A program made the position numbers and the translations under genes. From the NCBI GenBank assembly GCA_021399395.1, contig JAAFKJ010000043.1, positions 18,545 to 82,544 of the forward strand: DNA of 64,000 nt, in the 5' to 3' direction. The stretch is from Candidatus Heimdallarchaeota archaeon (GTDB taxonomy: Archaea; Asgardarchaeota; Heimdallarchaeia; Heimdallarchaeales; Heimdallarchaeaceae). The notes below the pieces were generated by a model, which worked only from the letters and a program-made list of their open reading frames with translations, was not told where the DNA came from and ran no database searches. Shown here piece by piece: positions 8,974-18,189 of the stretch (position 1 is its first letter; each line of letters opens with the position of its first letter).

Positions 8974-10329
8974 TTATTTTCTTCGGAGCATTTTTCTTGA
9001 GATCATCTCTAAAGCTTGTGTGACTGGATATATTGTCTCATTTACTGCTGGAGCATAACATAAATCAGATTGCAATAATTCTAGAAATGTCATTTCGTTT
9101 TGCATTCCTAATGAAATTATATTTAGATTGTCAGTTATGGAATCTGGACCAACTGCTTGAGCTCCTAGTATCTTTCCAGTATTCTTATCTGCAAGTATTT
9201 TGAAGAATAATTCTTCAGCATCTGGCATATAAGTGGGTTTATTGTGTGTTTTAATTTTAGCCATAACAACCTCGAATCCTGCATCTTCTGCTGCTTTCTT
9301 GATTAGTCCTACAGAACCTACTCGAAGATCCATAAATGGTACTATGAAATTGTTCATTGTACCTGGGAACTTCAAAGTTCCAGGTTTTGCAATTGTCATA
9401 GCTGCTACTCTTGCCATTCTTACACAGCAAGTTGCTATAGCTGAGTTAATAGGTTGTTTTGAAACTAAATGTATTGTTTCGGCACAATCACCTACTGCAA
9501 GTATATTGGGGTCTGAGGTTTTCAATTCATCATCAGTTACAATTGCACCTGATTCACCAATTTCTAATCCTGCTTCTTGTGCTAAGGTTACTTCAGGTCT
9601 AATACCTGTAGCTGCAACAACAAAATCACATTCAAAATCTCCTTGATCAGTTGTAACTTTTGTTGCCATACCATTATCATCTAGAACAATTTCATTTATC
9701 CCAACACCAATAACAAATTTTAACTTGGGGAGTTTCGCTTCAAGTTGTTTAACTGTTTCATCAGCATAATCTGGATCTATTAGTAGACGCATAAGTCTTG
9801 ATCTTGCAAGAACAACAGTTTCAATACCTCTGTGAGCGAGTTCTGTAGCAACTTCGAGTCCTATCGCAGAAGCACCTAAAACAACAGCTTTTGAGGCTTT
9901 TGCTGCAGCTTCTCGTATTTTTGCTGAATCTTCAATCCATTTCAAAGCATGAACATTTTTTCCATCGGCTCCAGGAATCGGAGGATATTTAGCTTTAGAA
10001 CCAATACAAACAACAAGGTAATCATATTCAACTTCGAAAACCTCATCATTTTCAAGATTTTTAACGCTGACTTTCTTGTTTTGACGATCAATTTTGAGAG
10101 CTTCATGACGACGTAAAAAGTTTATTTTCATCATTTTATAATTCAAAGTTTCAATTAGAAGACTCTCATCTTCCCATAATCCGCCTATTGCATATGGCAT
10201 AGCACAAGGATGATATGCATCATGATTTTTTTTATCAATTATTGTGATTTCTGCGTTTCTATCCCATGCACGGAGGGTGGAAGCTGATGTCCAACCAGAG
10301 GACCCATGTCCAATATATACAACCTTCAT
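8974..10329 (-). CDS. CoA-disulfide reductase / NADH oxidase family FAD-dependent pyridine nucleotide-disulfide oxidoreductase
   Basis: The N-terminal FAD-binding fold, a single active-site Cys in YHPCAMPY context (Cys43-type), an NAD(P)-binding GxGxxG (VVLGASAIGLE) and a C-terminal dimerisation domain are present. Confidence 0.75.
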   Translation of the reverse strand: MKVVYIGHGSSGWTSASTLRAWDRNAEITIIDKKNHDAYHPCAMPYAIGGLWEDESLLIETLNYKMMKINFLRRHEALKIDRQNKKVSVKNLENDEVFEVEYDYLVVCIGSKAKYPPIPGADGKNVHALKWIEDSAKIREAAAKASKAVVLGASAIGLEVATELAHRGIETVVLARSRLMRLLIDPDYADETVKQLEAKLPKLKFVIGVGINEIVLDDNGMATKVTTDQGDFECDFVVAATGIRPEVTLAQEAGLEIGESGAIVTDDELKTSDPNILAVGDCAETIHLVSKQPINSAIATCCVRMARVAAMTIAKPGTLKFPGTMNNFIVPFMDLRVGSVGLIKKAAEDAGFEVVMAKIKTHNKPTYMPDAEELFFKILADKNTGKILGAQAVGPDSITDNLNIISLGMQNEMTFLELLQSDLCYAPAVNETIYPVTQALEMISRKMLRRK

Positions 10330-10495
10330 AGTCGAAAACTTGAATATGTGTTTATTAAAGTTACTAATCGTTCATTACATTTTTTTGAAAGAGAACCCAT
10401 TTCCTTTTTGCTTATGATGTGTTAGAATTTCCTCGGGTAATCGATACCTCCAGAGGGTAAAATTTTTGACTTCGTGATTCAATTCCTAAATATAC

Positions 10496-12403
10496 TTGTT
10501 AAAAGGCGATTATATGAACTATCGAAATAGAATGGAAGAAATAATGAGTGGAAAACACCGTTTGTCTGAGGAGGATAGATTGAAAATGGATTATAAACCT
10601 GATCAAATTCCTCCTCTTCCTAAAGGTGAAGAAGCTCTAAGACCTTCAACAAAAGCTGGATGGGAAACAGAAGCAGTCATCCGAGCAATGATTTCTAATC
10701 TACATAATGGCAGAGATTGGGAAAAACTGTACATTTATGGTGGGTCAGGCAAGGTGGCAAGAGATTGGAAAGCATTTTTTGAAACAGTAGATTTATTAAA
10801 AACACTTGAACCAAACGAAACTTTGTTTCTTCAATCAGGAGTTCCATATGGTAAAATGCAAACAACCAAATGGGCACCAAGATGTGTTATTACAAATAGT
10901 GTAATTGTTCCTCATTGGACACCACATTTTGAAGAATTTGTTGCATCAGGTCTCTCAGTTTATGGACAGATGACAGCTGGTTCATTCATCTTCATCGGAT
11001 TACAAGGTATTATTCAAGGCACATATGAAACCATAGTAGCAGCGATTAAAGCAGCTGAGAAGAAGACTGCCTACAATGGACTAGATGATTTTGAGAAAAA
11101 TCTTATTGTCAGTGCAGGGTTAGGTTTAATGAGTGGAGCCCAACCTCTAGCCATCAAAATGTGTGGGAAAGTAGGAATAATCGCAGAAGTCAATCCACAT
11201 CTGATTGATAGAATGTATAATACTGGAAGAGATCAAGGTGCTCCTTATTTAGACTATAAGACAGAATCAATTGAAGAAGCTATCCTTATAGCTAAAGATG
11301 CTGTTGAAAAAGGAGATGCTGTTTCAATAGGTGTTCTATGTAACGCAGTAGATTTACTACATCATTTGGTTGAAAAGAGTATTACCCCCCTTGTCTTAAC
11401 AGATCAAACTTCAGCACACGATTTGTTGAATGGTTATTATCCGATGGGGATTGGTTACGATGAAGCTGATATATTGAGGGCGGAAAGTCCTGAAGAATAT
11501 CTAGAAAGGTCTAAGAAAACTGTAGTTAAACATGTTAGTCTGATGGTTGAACTAAGCAAGAGAGGTGCAGAAACTTTTGATTATGGAAATAATATTAGGC
11601 AACAAGCTTATGAAATGGGTATTGACGATGCTTTTGATTATTCAGGTTTTGTTTTAGAATATGTTCGTCCTCTCTTCTGTGAAGGTAAAGGTCCTTTCCG
11701 TTGGATGGCTCTTAGTAATGATCCAGAGGACATCAGAAAAACTGACGAATATGCAAAGAAATTATTCTTTGATGATGAACAACTTGTGAACTGGTTAGAA
11801 TTAGCAGACAAATATATTCCATTTGAAGGAGGTTTACCTGCAAGAGTATTTTGGGCTGGATTTGTGGGAAGGGCAGCTTTTGGAATGCTAATGAACAAAC
11901 TTGTTTCGGAAGGGATTTTGAAAGCCCCAGTAGTAATAGGTCGAGATCATTTAGATGGAGGAAGTGTCGCGTCTCCTAATAGAGAAACAGAAGGGATGAA
12001 GGATGGAAGTGATGCAATTGGTGATTATCCTGTAATCAATCTAATGGGGAATGCTCTTAGTGGTGCAACCTGGGTTTCATACCATGGTGGAGGAGGTGTA
12101 GGAGTAGGATATTCTCTTCATGCTGGTCAAGTAATTGTTGCTGATGGTACGCGCTTATCTCAAGAACGACTTTTCCGTGTTCTTACTTGGGATCCTATGA
12201 GTGCAATATTACGTCATGCAACTGCAGGATACGCCAAAGCCATTGATGTGGGAAATGAACATAAATTAGTTATGCCTGGACGTAACAACATCAAAGACTT
12301 TGATTATGAAGAACTTTACAATCGCATAATTAAACTGGTCAAAGAAAGAACAGGTGTAGACTTGTTTTCTCCATTACAAGACCTTGAAATTTCTCTTAAG
12401 TAA
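10496..12403 (+). CDS. hutU: urocanate hydratase (urocanase)
   Basis: Long conserved urocanase blocks are present (LQSGVPYGKM, SAGLGLMSGAQPLA, GRDHLDGGSVASPNRETE, NALSGATWVSYHGGGGVGVGYS). At 635 aa it has a possible N-terminal extension. Confidence 0.85.
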   Translation: MLKGDYMNYRNRMEEIMSGKHRLSEEDRLKMDYKPDQIPPLPKGEEALRPSTKAGWETEAVIRAMISNLHNGRDWEKLYIYGGSGKVARDWKAFFETVDLLKTLEPNETLFLQSGVPYGKMQTTKWAPRCVITNSVIVPHWTPHFEEFVASGLSVYGQMTAGSFIFIGLQGIIQGTYETIVAAIKAAEKKTAYNGLDDFEKNLIVSAGLGLMSGAQPLAIKMCGKVGIIAEVNPHLIDRMYNTGRDQGAPYLDYKTESIEEAILIAKDAVEKGDAVSIGVLCNAVDLLHHLVEKSITPLVLTDQTSAHDLLNGYYPMGIGYDEADILRAESPEEYLERSKKTVVKHVSLMVELSKRGAETFDYGNNIRQQAYEMGIDDAFDYSGFVLEYVRPLFCEGKGPFRWMALSNDPEDIRKTDEYAKKLFFDDEQLVNWLELADKYIPFEGGLPARVFWAGFVGRAAFGMLMNKLVSEGILKAPVVIGRDHLDGGSVASPNRETEGMKDGSDAIGDYPVINLMGNALSGATWVSYHGGGGVGVGYSLHAGQVIVADGTRLSQERLFRVLTWDPMSAILRHATAGYAKAIDVGNEHKLVMPGRNNIKDFDYEELYNRIIKLVKERTGVDLFSPLQDLEISLK

Positions 12404-12496
12404 TTTTCTCGCATTTTTTATTTCTTTTTCTTCAATCCTATAGTAAATCTTTAAATTGTAAGTTTATCTTAGGAATATGTCAATTTAGTGATTTAG

Positions 12497-13192
12497 ATGA
12501 ATGATGAAATTACTAAGGTTCTAGAATTATGTGCATCTCAAGGAAGAACCGTACTTTCCTACGAGGAATCTAGAAATGTATTGTCTTTTGCTGGTTTTCC
12601 ATTAAACAAGATGGCATTTGCGAAAAATCTGGAAGAATGCTTAAACAAAGCTCACGAAATAGGTTACCCCATTGTTCTGAAGGTTGTTTCTGAAGATGTG
12701 TTACATAAATCTGATTCAGGTGGTGTCAAGATCAATATTGGTTCAGATGAAGAATTGAAGAAAGCACACGAAGAAATGGTTGAGAGTGTCAAGAATTTCT
12801 ATCCCTCAGCTAAAATTACTGGGTTTAGTATTGAAGAAATGGTAGAAGGTGTAGAATTACTTATCGGAACCAATACAGATGAGCAATTTGGAAAAATGAT
12901 TGCATTCGGTATTGGTGGGATTTTTGTTGAAGTTTACAAAGATGTATCATTCCGTCTGATTCCTGTAAACGAAGATGATATTTTAGAAATGATTGCTGAG
13001 ATAAAAGGTAAAAAGATGTTAGATGGTTACCGAGGGCAACCTAAAGTTGATCAATCTGAATTAATTTCATTTGTTTTAGGTATTTCTAATCTTATCGAAA
13101 CTTATCCTCAAATAAAGGAAATGGATCTAAATCCGGTTGTAGCAACTTTAGAGGGACTAAAGGCCATTGATGCGAGAATAATTCTTGAATAA
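12497..13192 (+). CDS. ADP-forming acetyl-CoA synthetase beta-subunit-like ATP-grasp protein (standalone paralog)
   Basis: 231 aa; similar to the AcdB at 27064-27750 (YPIVLKVVSEDVLHKSDSGGVKI, GFRG..P, MDLNPV). Confidence 0.65.
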   Translation: MNDEITKVLELCASQGRTVLSYEESRNVLSFAGFPLNKMAFAKNLEECLNKAHEIGYPIVLKVVSEDVLHKSDSGGVKINIGSDEELKKAHEEMVESVKNFYPSAKITGFSIEEMVEGVELLIGTNTDEQFGKMIAFGIGGIFVEVYKDVSFRLIPVNEDDILEMIAEIKGKKMLDGYRGQPKVDQSELISFVLGISNLIETYPQIKEMDLNPVVATLEGLKAIDARIILE

Positions 13193-13260
13193 TTATACTT
13201 TTTCTTAATACAAAATGAAATACTTATTAATATCATAAAATTATGAAACATGGTGATATA

Positions 13261-13533
13261 ATGTCTAAAGTTAAAGCAAGTCATATTCTTGTCAAAAAAA
13301 GATCACAAGCAGTAGCTATTCTTGAAGAATTACACGGTGGAGCTAATTTTGCAGAATTAGCTAAGAAACATTCAACATGCCCCTCAGCGAAGAAAGGTGG
13401 AGATTTAGGTTTCTTTACAAGAGGTCAAATGGTAAAGGCATTCGAAAAAACTGCTTTCTCATTAGGTAAAGGAGAAATTTCAGGTTTAGTTAAGACTGAA
13501 TTTGGCTATCATATTATTAAAAGAACCAGTTAG
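13261..13533 (+). CDS. parvulin-type peptidyl-prolyl cis-trans isomerase
   Basis: Parvulin motifs are present ([41 protein letters not shown]). The start is assigned to [11 protein letters not shown]. Confidence 0.8.
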   Translation: MSKVKASHILVKKRSQAVAILEELHGGANFAELAKKHSTCPSAKKGGDLGFFTRGQMVKAFEKTAFSLGKGEISGLVKTEFGYHIIKRTS

Positions 13534-13620
13534 GTTTTCTCTTTTTTTATTTCTGTAAGAGAGAAATATTTATATTTGATTGAGTGTGTGTGAATTCAGC
13601 ACACACGATAGTGATGAATT

Positions 13621-14280
13621 ATGTCAGTAGATGTCGATGATAATATCAAAAGACAGGTAAAAGAGATTTTCAAACATATGGAAAATGAAGTATCTGTTAA
13701 GTTATTTGTAGATAAAGATAAATGTTTGACATGCGCTCAAACAAAAGAAATTCTAGAATTGTTGGTAGAACTAGCACCAGAGAATAAGCTTGTTCTTACA
13801 ATTTTCAACAAAGAAGATAATCCTCCAGAGATCGATAAGTATGGAGTGAAACGATTTCCTACAATTTTACTACATGGGGATGAAGAATACAAAGTTGTTT
13901 TCACTGGTATTCCAAGTGGTTATGAATTCGGTTCTCTTGTTGAAGATATCTTGGATATATCAGCTAGAAAAGTTACCTTGAAACCTGAAAATCTTGAAAA
14001 AATTAAGAAAATTGATAAACCAATGCACATTCAAGTATTTGTTACTCCAACCTGTCCTTATTGTCCAGCTGCAGTCCGAATGGCTCACAAACTGGCTATG
14101 GCAAATCCTAACATTACAGGAGAAGCCGTTGAAGCAACAGAATTTCCACTCCTTTCGCAGAAATATTATGTAATGGGAGTTCCAAAAACAGTTATTAATG
14201 AGGGAAAAGTTTCATTTGAAGGAGCTTATCCTGAAGATGGTTTTGTAGAAAAAGTACTTGAAGCTTATAAAGAAGCATAG
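13621..14280 (+). CDS. protein disulfide oxidoreductase (archaeal PDO, two thioredoxin-like units)
   Basis: Two CxxC motifs (CLTCAQ and CPYCP) sit in tandem thioredoxin/glutaredoxin-like halves; the ~220 aa size is typical of Pyrococcus-type PDO. Confidence 0.75.
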   Translation: MSVDVDDNIKRQVKEIFKHMENEVSVKLFVDKDKCLTCAQTKEILELLVELAPENKLVLTIFNKEDNPPEIDKYGVKRFPTILLHGDEEYKVVFTGIPSGYEFGSLVEDILDISARKVTLKPENLEKIKKIDKPMHIQVFVTPTCPYCPAAVRMAHKLAMANPNITGEAVEATEFPLLSQKYYVMGVPKTVINEGKVSFEGAYPEDGFVEKVLEAYKEA

Positions 14281-14299
14281 TTGCTCCTATAAGTATTTC

Positions 14300-15364
14300 T
14301 TATTTTTCTTCACTCAGATCCTCTTTTATGATTTCACTAGGGTCTTGTAGTTCTTCCTCTTTCTCCTCATCAATTTGATCTTCAGGGGAGACTTCAGGTT
14401 CTATTTCTGCTTTTTCTTCACTTATTGAATCTTCTTTAACTTCTTCTATAGTTTCTTCAACAATTTCTTCTTCTACAGTTTCTTCCTCTTCTTCAATCTC
14501 TTCGTCTGGGTCCAATTCAAACTCTTTCTTTTCGTTATACAACTTCTTTATATTTTGCTTTACTAAGTCAACAGCTGTTTTCTTTTGCATCTCTACTTCC
14601 TTTAATTTGAGTTTAACATCTTCTTCTGTCAGGATTTTCTTTGTTTCTTTATCATCTTCAAGGGATATTGATTCAATATAATCTTTCATCATGGTTAATC
14701 TCATATTTAGGGCTTTGAATGATTTATAATCTTCAACCTCATTGATTTGTTTAGGTAAACCTTGAAGTTCTAAGAGATATTGTTGTATTTGAAATGCAAA
14801 ATTATCAAGTTCATCCATGGTTTGAAACACTTTTTTCTCAAGTTCTTTCTCTTCAATATCTGCTTTTGATAATCTAGCACTCTTAGTTTCTTTATCTGTA
14901 AATAGAAGGACGTGAACTTTACCGTAACCATAGAGGAGGATTGGCATAACAAAAATCATGATGAAAACTGGAATAAAACAGATAAGAGGAATGGCGATGA
15001 TAGGTCGTAATCCTTGGAAACTATTAAATAAACTCTCTAATGTTGCTTGAAAATTATCTATAGTCTCATGAAGTATAACAATGATCATGCTGTAGAACAA
15101 GACAACTGGAATTGAAATTCCAAGTGATTTCAATAGTGATTTCAGCATATTAAATGTTGTATCTAGAGAAACCTCATCCTTATAGTGATATACACACTCT
15201 GTTACAGTTATCAAAGCCACAAGAAACGCGAGTGGTACTTCAAATATTGCTAATATTAGAACATCAGTTGAAAATATTGGTATGAGTAGTAAACTGAAAA
15301 TTGTTGCAATTATAAACGAAAAAACACTTTGATTAAGATTTCTAGACATACTTGCGTGAGGCAT
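14300..15364 (-). CDS. hypothetical multi-pass membrane protein with an acidic coiled-coil C-terminal tail
   Basis: Four or five hydrophobic helices in the N-terminal half are followed by a long Glu/Lys-rich tail (EEEEETVEEEIVEET...). Confidence 0.5.
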   Translation of the reverse strand: MPHASMSRNLNQSVFSFIIATIFSLLLIPIFSTDVLILAIFEVPLAFLVALITVTECVYHYKDEVSLDTTFNMLKSLLKSLGISIPVVLFYSMIIVILHETIDNFQATLESLFNSFQGLRPIIAIPLICFIPVFIMIFVMPILLYGYGKVHVLLFTDKETKSARLSKADIEEKELEKKVFQTMDELDNFAFQIQQYLLELQGLPKQINEVEDYKSFKALNMRLTMMKDYIESISLEDDKETKKILTEEDVKLKLKEVEMQKKTAVDLVKQNIKKLYNEKKEFELDPDEEIEEEEETVEEEIVEETIEEVKEDSISEEKAEIEPEVSPEDQIDEEKEEELQDPSEIIKEDLSEEK

Positions 15365-15485
15365 AGTTATTACTTGGTTGGGATTCTAAAAAAAGGTTTT
15401 CCATGAAGGAAACCAGAGTTGCATAATATAGGTTCCAATTCGTTTAGTCGCAATATTTATGAAGAAATAACCAATATTAATATTA

Positions 15486-16796
15486 ATGAGAAATAAAAAT
15501 TTAACGTTCATCTTTGTGTTATTTCTTACATTAACAGTGTTGACTAGTAACAATACCTCTTATTCTTTAGATGGTTCTAATATACCTGTAAACACTGAAT
15601 TACCAACACTTGATGTTCAATATAACGCAACATCTCCTACAGACTTTTTCAATGAAACTACCTATCCAAGATATGCACTAGCTGCACGACCAATAGGTGA
15701 GATAAAGTATCCAAACAAAGTCAATCCATCTATTGTAACATATGGAAATGAAATAAAACTCATGGTTTCAGGATCGTCTTCAGCAGTAAATTGGAATTTC
15801 ACCTTGATAGATGCTAATATTTCATGCTCTCTTGATGTGGTTAGTTCTGAATATAAAGAAGATATGTGGTATTTTGATACTATACCCGAAATTCAAAGAG
15901 AAGGTCTTTACGATTTACAGCTTAATTTTAGTGAAGGAAATGATTATCAGACACATGCAATACAAGTTCTTGAGGAACAACATTATCCATTCACTTTCGC
16001 GCATGTATCAGATACACACTTTCCAGCTTACTATGAAGAATTCAATACTTCTGATGTCAATTTGCAGGAAATTGAAAAAATAAAGGCATTAGATCCTGAT
16101 TTTATCATTGTTACTGGTGATTTGATACACGGAGCAACACAATATTTTCTTAATCCAGAAACAGGGGAACCGATGAGTGCCGAAATGCAATATAAACTTG
16201 CAATCTGGGCTTTAGATCTTTTTGATAAACCAGTTTTTTACATCTATGGAAATCATGAATTTATAACTTCAACATTTCTTCCTGATGACCCTGGTACGCA
16301 ATACTACAAATATTTCGGTGACATTGTTTATCAGAATTTTACATATCTGGATTGGTCTTTTGTTGGTTATGGTGCTGAATGGGATGGATTATCTCAGAAA
16401 GATTATGATATAGTAGCCCAGATTCTTACTCAAAATTCTGACGATGCAACAGTACTATACTACCATTATGATTTTGCAGATCATGCATATAGTTTGCTGA
16501 AGAAATTTCCTATAGAAGTAGCATTGTATGGTCACCTTCACCACGAAGATTTGTATATGAAGAAGGATACACTTTATCACCAGCAAGCTCCATTGTTTGA
16601 TCAGGAATTTACTATAATATCAATATTAAATGAAACAAGTCTGAGCATCGATTCCCAGACATATAATTTCGAATTATTACCTTATGTGCCTCCAACACCA
16701 GTTGAAACAACACCAACGGACGAATCTATTTCATTTGGTCCTTTAATAATGATATTTGGATTAATGGTTTATTACTTTACAAGAAGAAAGAAGTAA
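15486..16796 (+). CDS. secreted calcineurin-like metallophosphoesterase with a C-terminal TM anchor
   Basis: The ORF has a signal peptide and the metallophosphatase motifs D-x-H (AHVSDTHF), GD (VTGDLIHG), GNHE (GNHEF) and GH-x-H (GHLHHE). A C-terminal hydrophobic helix is followed by RRKK. Confidence 0.7.
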   Translation: MRNKNLTFIFVLFLTLTVLTSNNTSYSLDGSNIPVNTELPTLDVQYNATSPTDFFNETTYPRYALAARPIGEIKYPNKVNPSIVTYGNEIKLMVSGSSSAVNWNFTLIDANISCSLDVVSSEYKEDMWYFDTIPEIQREGLYDLQLNFSEGNDYQTHAIQVLEEQHYPFTFAHVSDTHFPAYYEEFNTSDVNLQEIEKIKALDPDFIIVTGDLIHGATQYFLNPETGEPMSAEMQYKLAIWALDLFDKPVFYIYGNHEFITSTFLPDDPGTQYYKYFGDIVYQNFTYLDWSFVGYGAEWDGLSQKDYDIVAQILTQNSDDATVLYYHYDFADHAYSLLKKFPIEVALYGHLHHEDLYMKKDTLYHQQAPLFDQEFTIISILNETSLSIDSQTYNFELLPYVPPTPVETTPTDESISFGPLIMIFGLMVYYFTRRKK

Positions 16797-16882
16797 TTTC
16801 CTTTTTCCTTTTTCTTTTATCATCAAACATATTTATAATCTACATCGTATAAGTGTCTGTTGTTCATAGAAGAGGCATTAAA

Positions 16883-18172
16883 ATGCTAGAGATTGACAGA
16901 TACAAAACATCATTGAATGAAGTTTTTTCAGAAGAAAGAAAATTCGAGTTACAGCTTCTTGTAGAAAAAGAACTAGCAGAAGCAAATTTTCAGTTAGGGA
17001 AAATTCCAAAGGAGGCAAATGATGTTATTCAAGAGCGATGTACTACTAAATTCGTGAAATTAGAACGTGTTAAGGAGATTGAAAAGGAAGTACACCATGA
17101 TGTAATGAGTTTAGTTTTTGCAATTGCAGAACAATGCGGAGATTATGGGGAATATATTCATCTTGGAGCTACTTCATACGATATTCAAGATACAGTTAGA
17201 GGTTTACAATTAAAAGAATCAAAACAACAAATTCTCGAAGCGTTACAACAAACAATTGAATTTTCAAAAGAATTAACCTCAAAATACAAAGATTTAGCAT
17301 GTATTGGTAGGACTCATGGGATTCATGCCATTCCAACTACCTACGGTATGAAATTTGGTAATTTTCTCAATGAACTATTGCTTGCTAAAGAAACACTTGA
17401 ACAAGTTAAGGTAGATTTTGGTAAAATCTCTGGAGCTGTTGGTACATACGCTTCATATGGAACTCAAGAAATAGAGAATATAGTTCTGAACAAACTTAAG
17501 CTTAGCAATCAACCAGTAACAACTCAAGTGATTACAAGGGTTGTTCATGCAAAATACATTCAAGCTCTGTCCTTGATAGCATCTGTATTAGAGCACTTTG
17601 CTAAAGAGATTAGAAACCTTCATAGAACAGAAATTGATGAAGTGAGGGAATCTTTTGATGAAAAGCAAGTTGGTTCTTCTACAATGGCACAAAAAAGAAA
17701 TCCTGAAAAAAGTGAGAGAATATGTGGATTAGCTCGAGTAATTAGAAGTTATATACAGCCTTCATTAGAAAATATCAGCTTAGAACACGAGAGAGATTTG
17801 TCAAATTCAAGCACTGAACGAGTTATCCTCTCTCAAACATCAATTCTTACACACTATATAATCCTTCAAATGAACAAAATTCTTACTTCACTTCATTTAA
17901 ACAAGGAGAAGATACGATCCAATCTCTATCTCCGGGAAGGTGCACAATGTGCTGAAAATCTAATGATAAAACTAACTGATAAGATCGGCAGACAAAAAGC
18001 ACATGATTTACTTAAGAATCTAGCAAATGAAGACAACTTCACAGAAGCAGTTAAACAAAATGATATTATCTCCAGTCATTTTAATGATGAAGAAATAGAA
18101 CGAATACTTGATCCTATGAATTATCTGGGTTTATCAAAAGAAATAGTACAAAAATTACTTGATTCTCTTTGA
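16883..18172 (+). CDS. purB: adenylosuccinate lyase (fumarate-lyase superfamily)
   Basis: The fumarate-lyase signature GSSTMAQKRNP and the PurB-type TSYDIQDT and HLHR blocks are present. The start is assigned to the internal Met (MLEIDRYK). Confidence 0.75.
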   Translation: MLEIDRYKTSLNEVFSEERKFELQLLVEKELAEANFQLGKIPKEANDVIQERCTTKFVKLERVKEIEKEVHHDVMSLVFAIAEQCGDYGEYIHLGATSYDIQDTVRGLQLKESKQQILEALQQTIEFSKELTSKYKDLACIGRTHGIHAIPTTYGMKFGNFLNELLLAKETLEQVKVDFGKISGAVGTYASYGTQEIENIVLNKLKLSNQPVTTQVITRVVHAKYIQALSLIASVLEHFAKEIRNLHRTEIDEVRESFDEKQVGSSTMAQKRNPEKSERICGLARVIRSYIQPSLENISLEHERDLSNSSTERVILSQTSILTHYIILQMNKILTSLHLNKEKIRSNLYLREGAQCAENLMIKLTDKIGRQKAHDLLKNLANEDNFTEAVKQNDIISSHFNDEEIERILDPMNYLGLSKEIVQKLLDSL

Positions 18173-18189
18173 AAACCTTCTTCTTCTTC

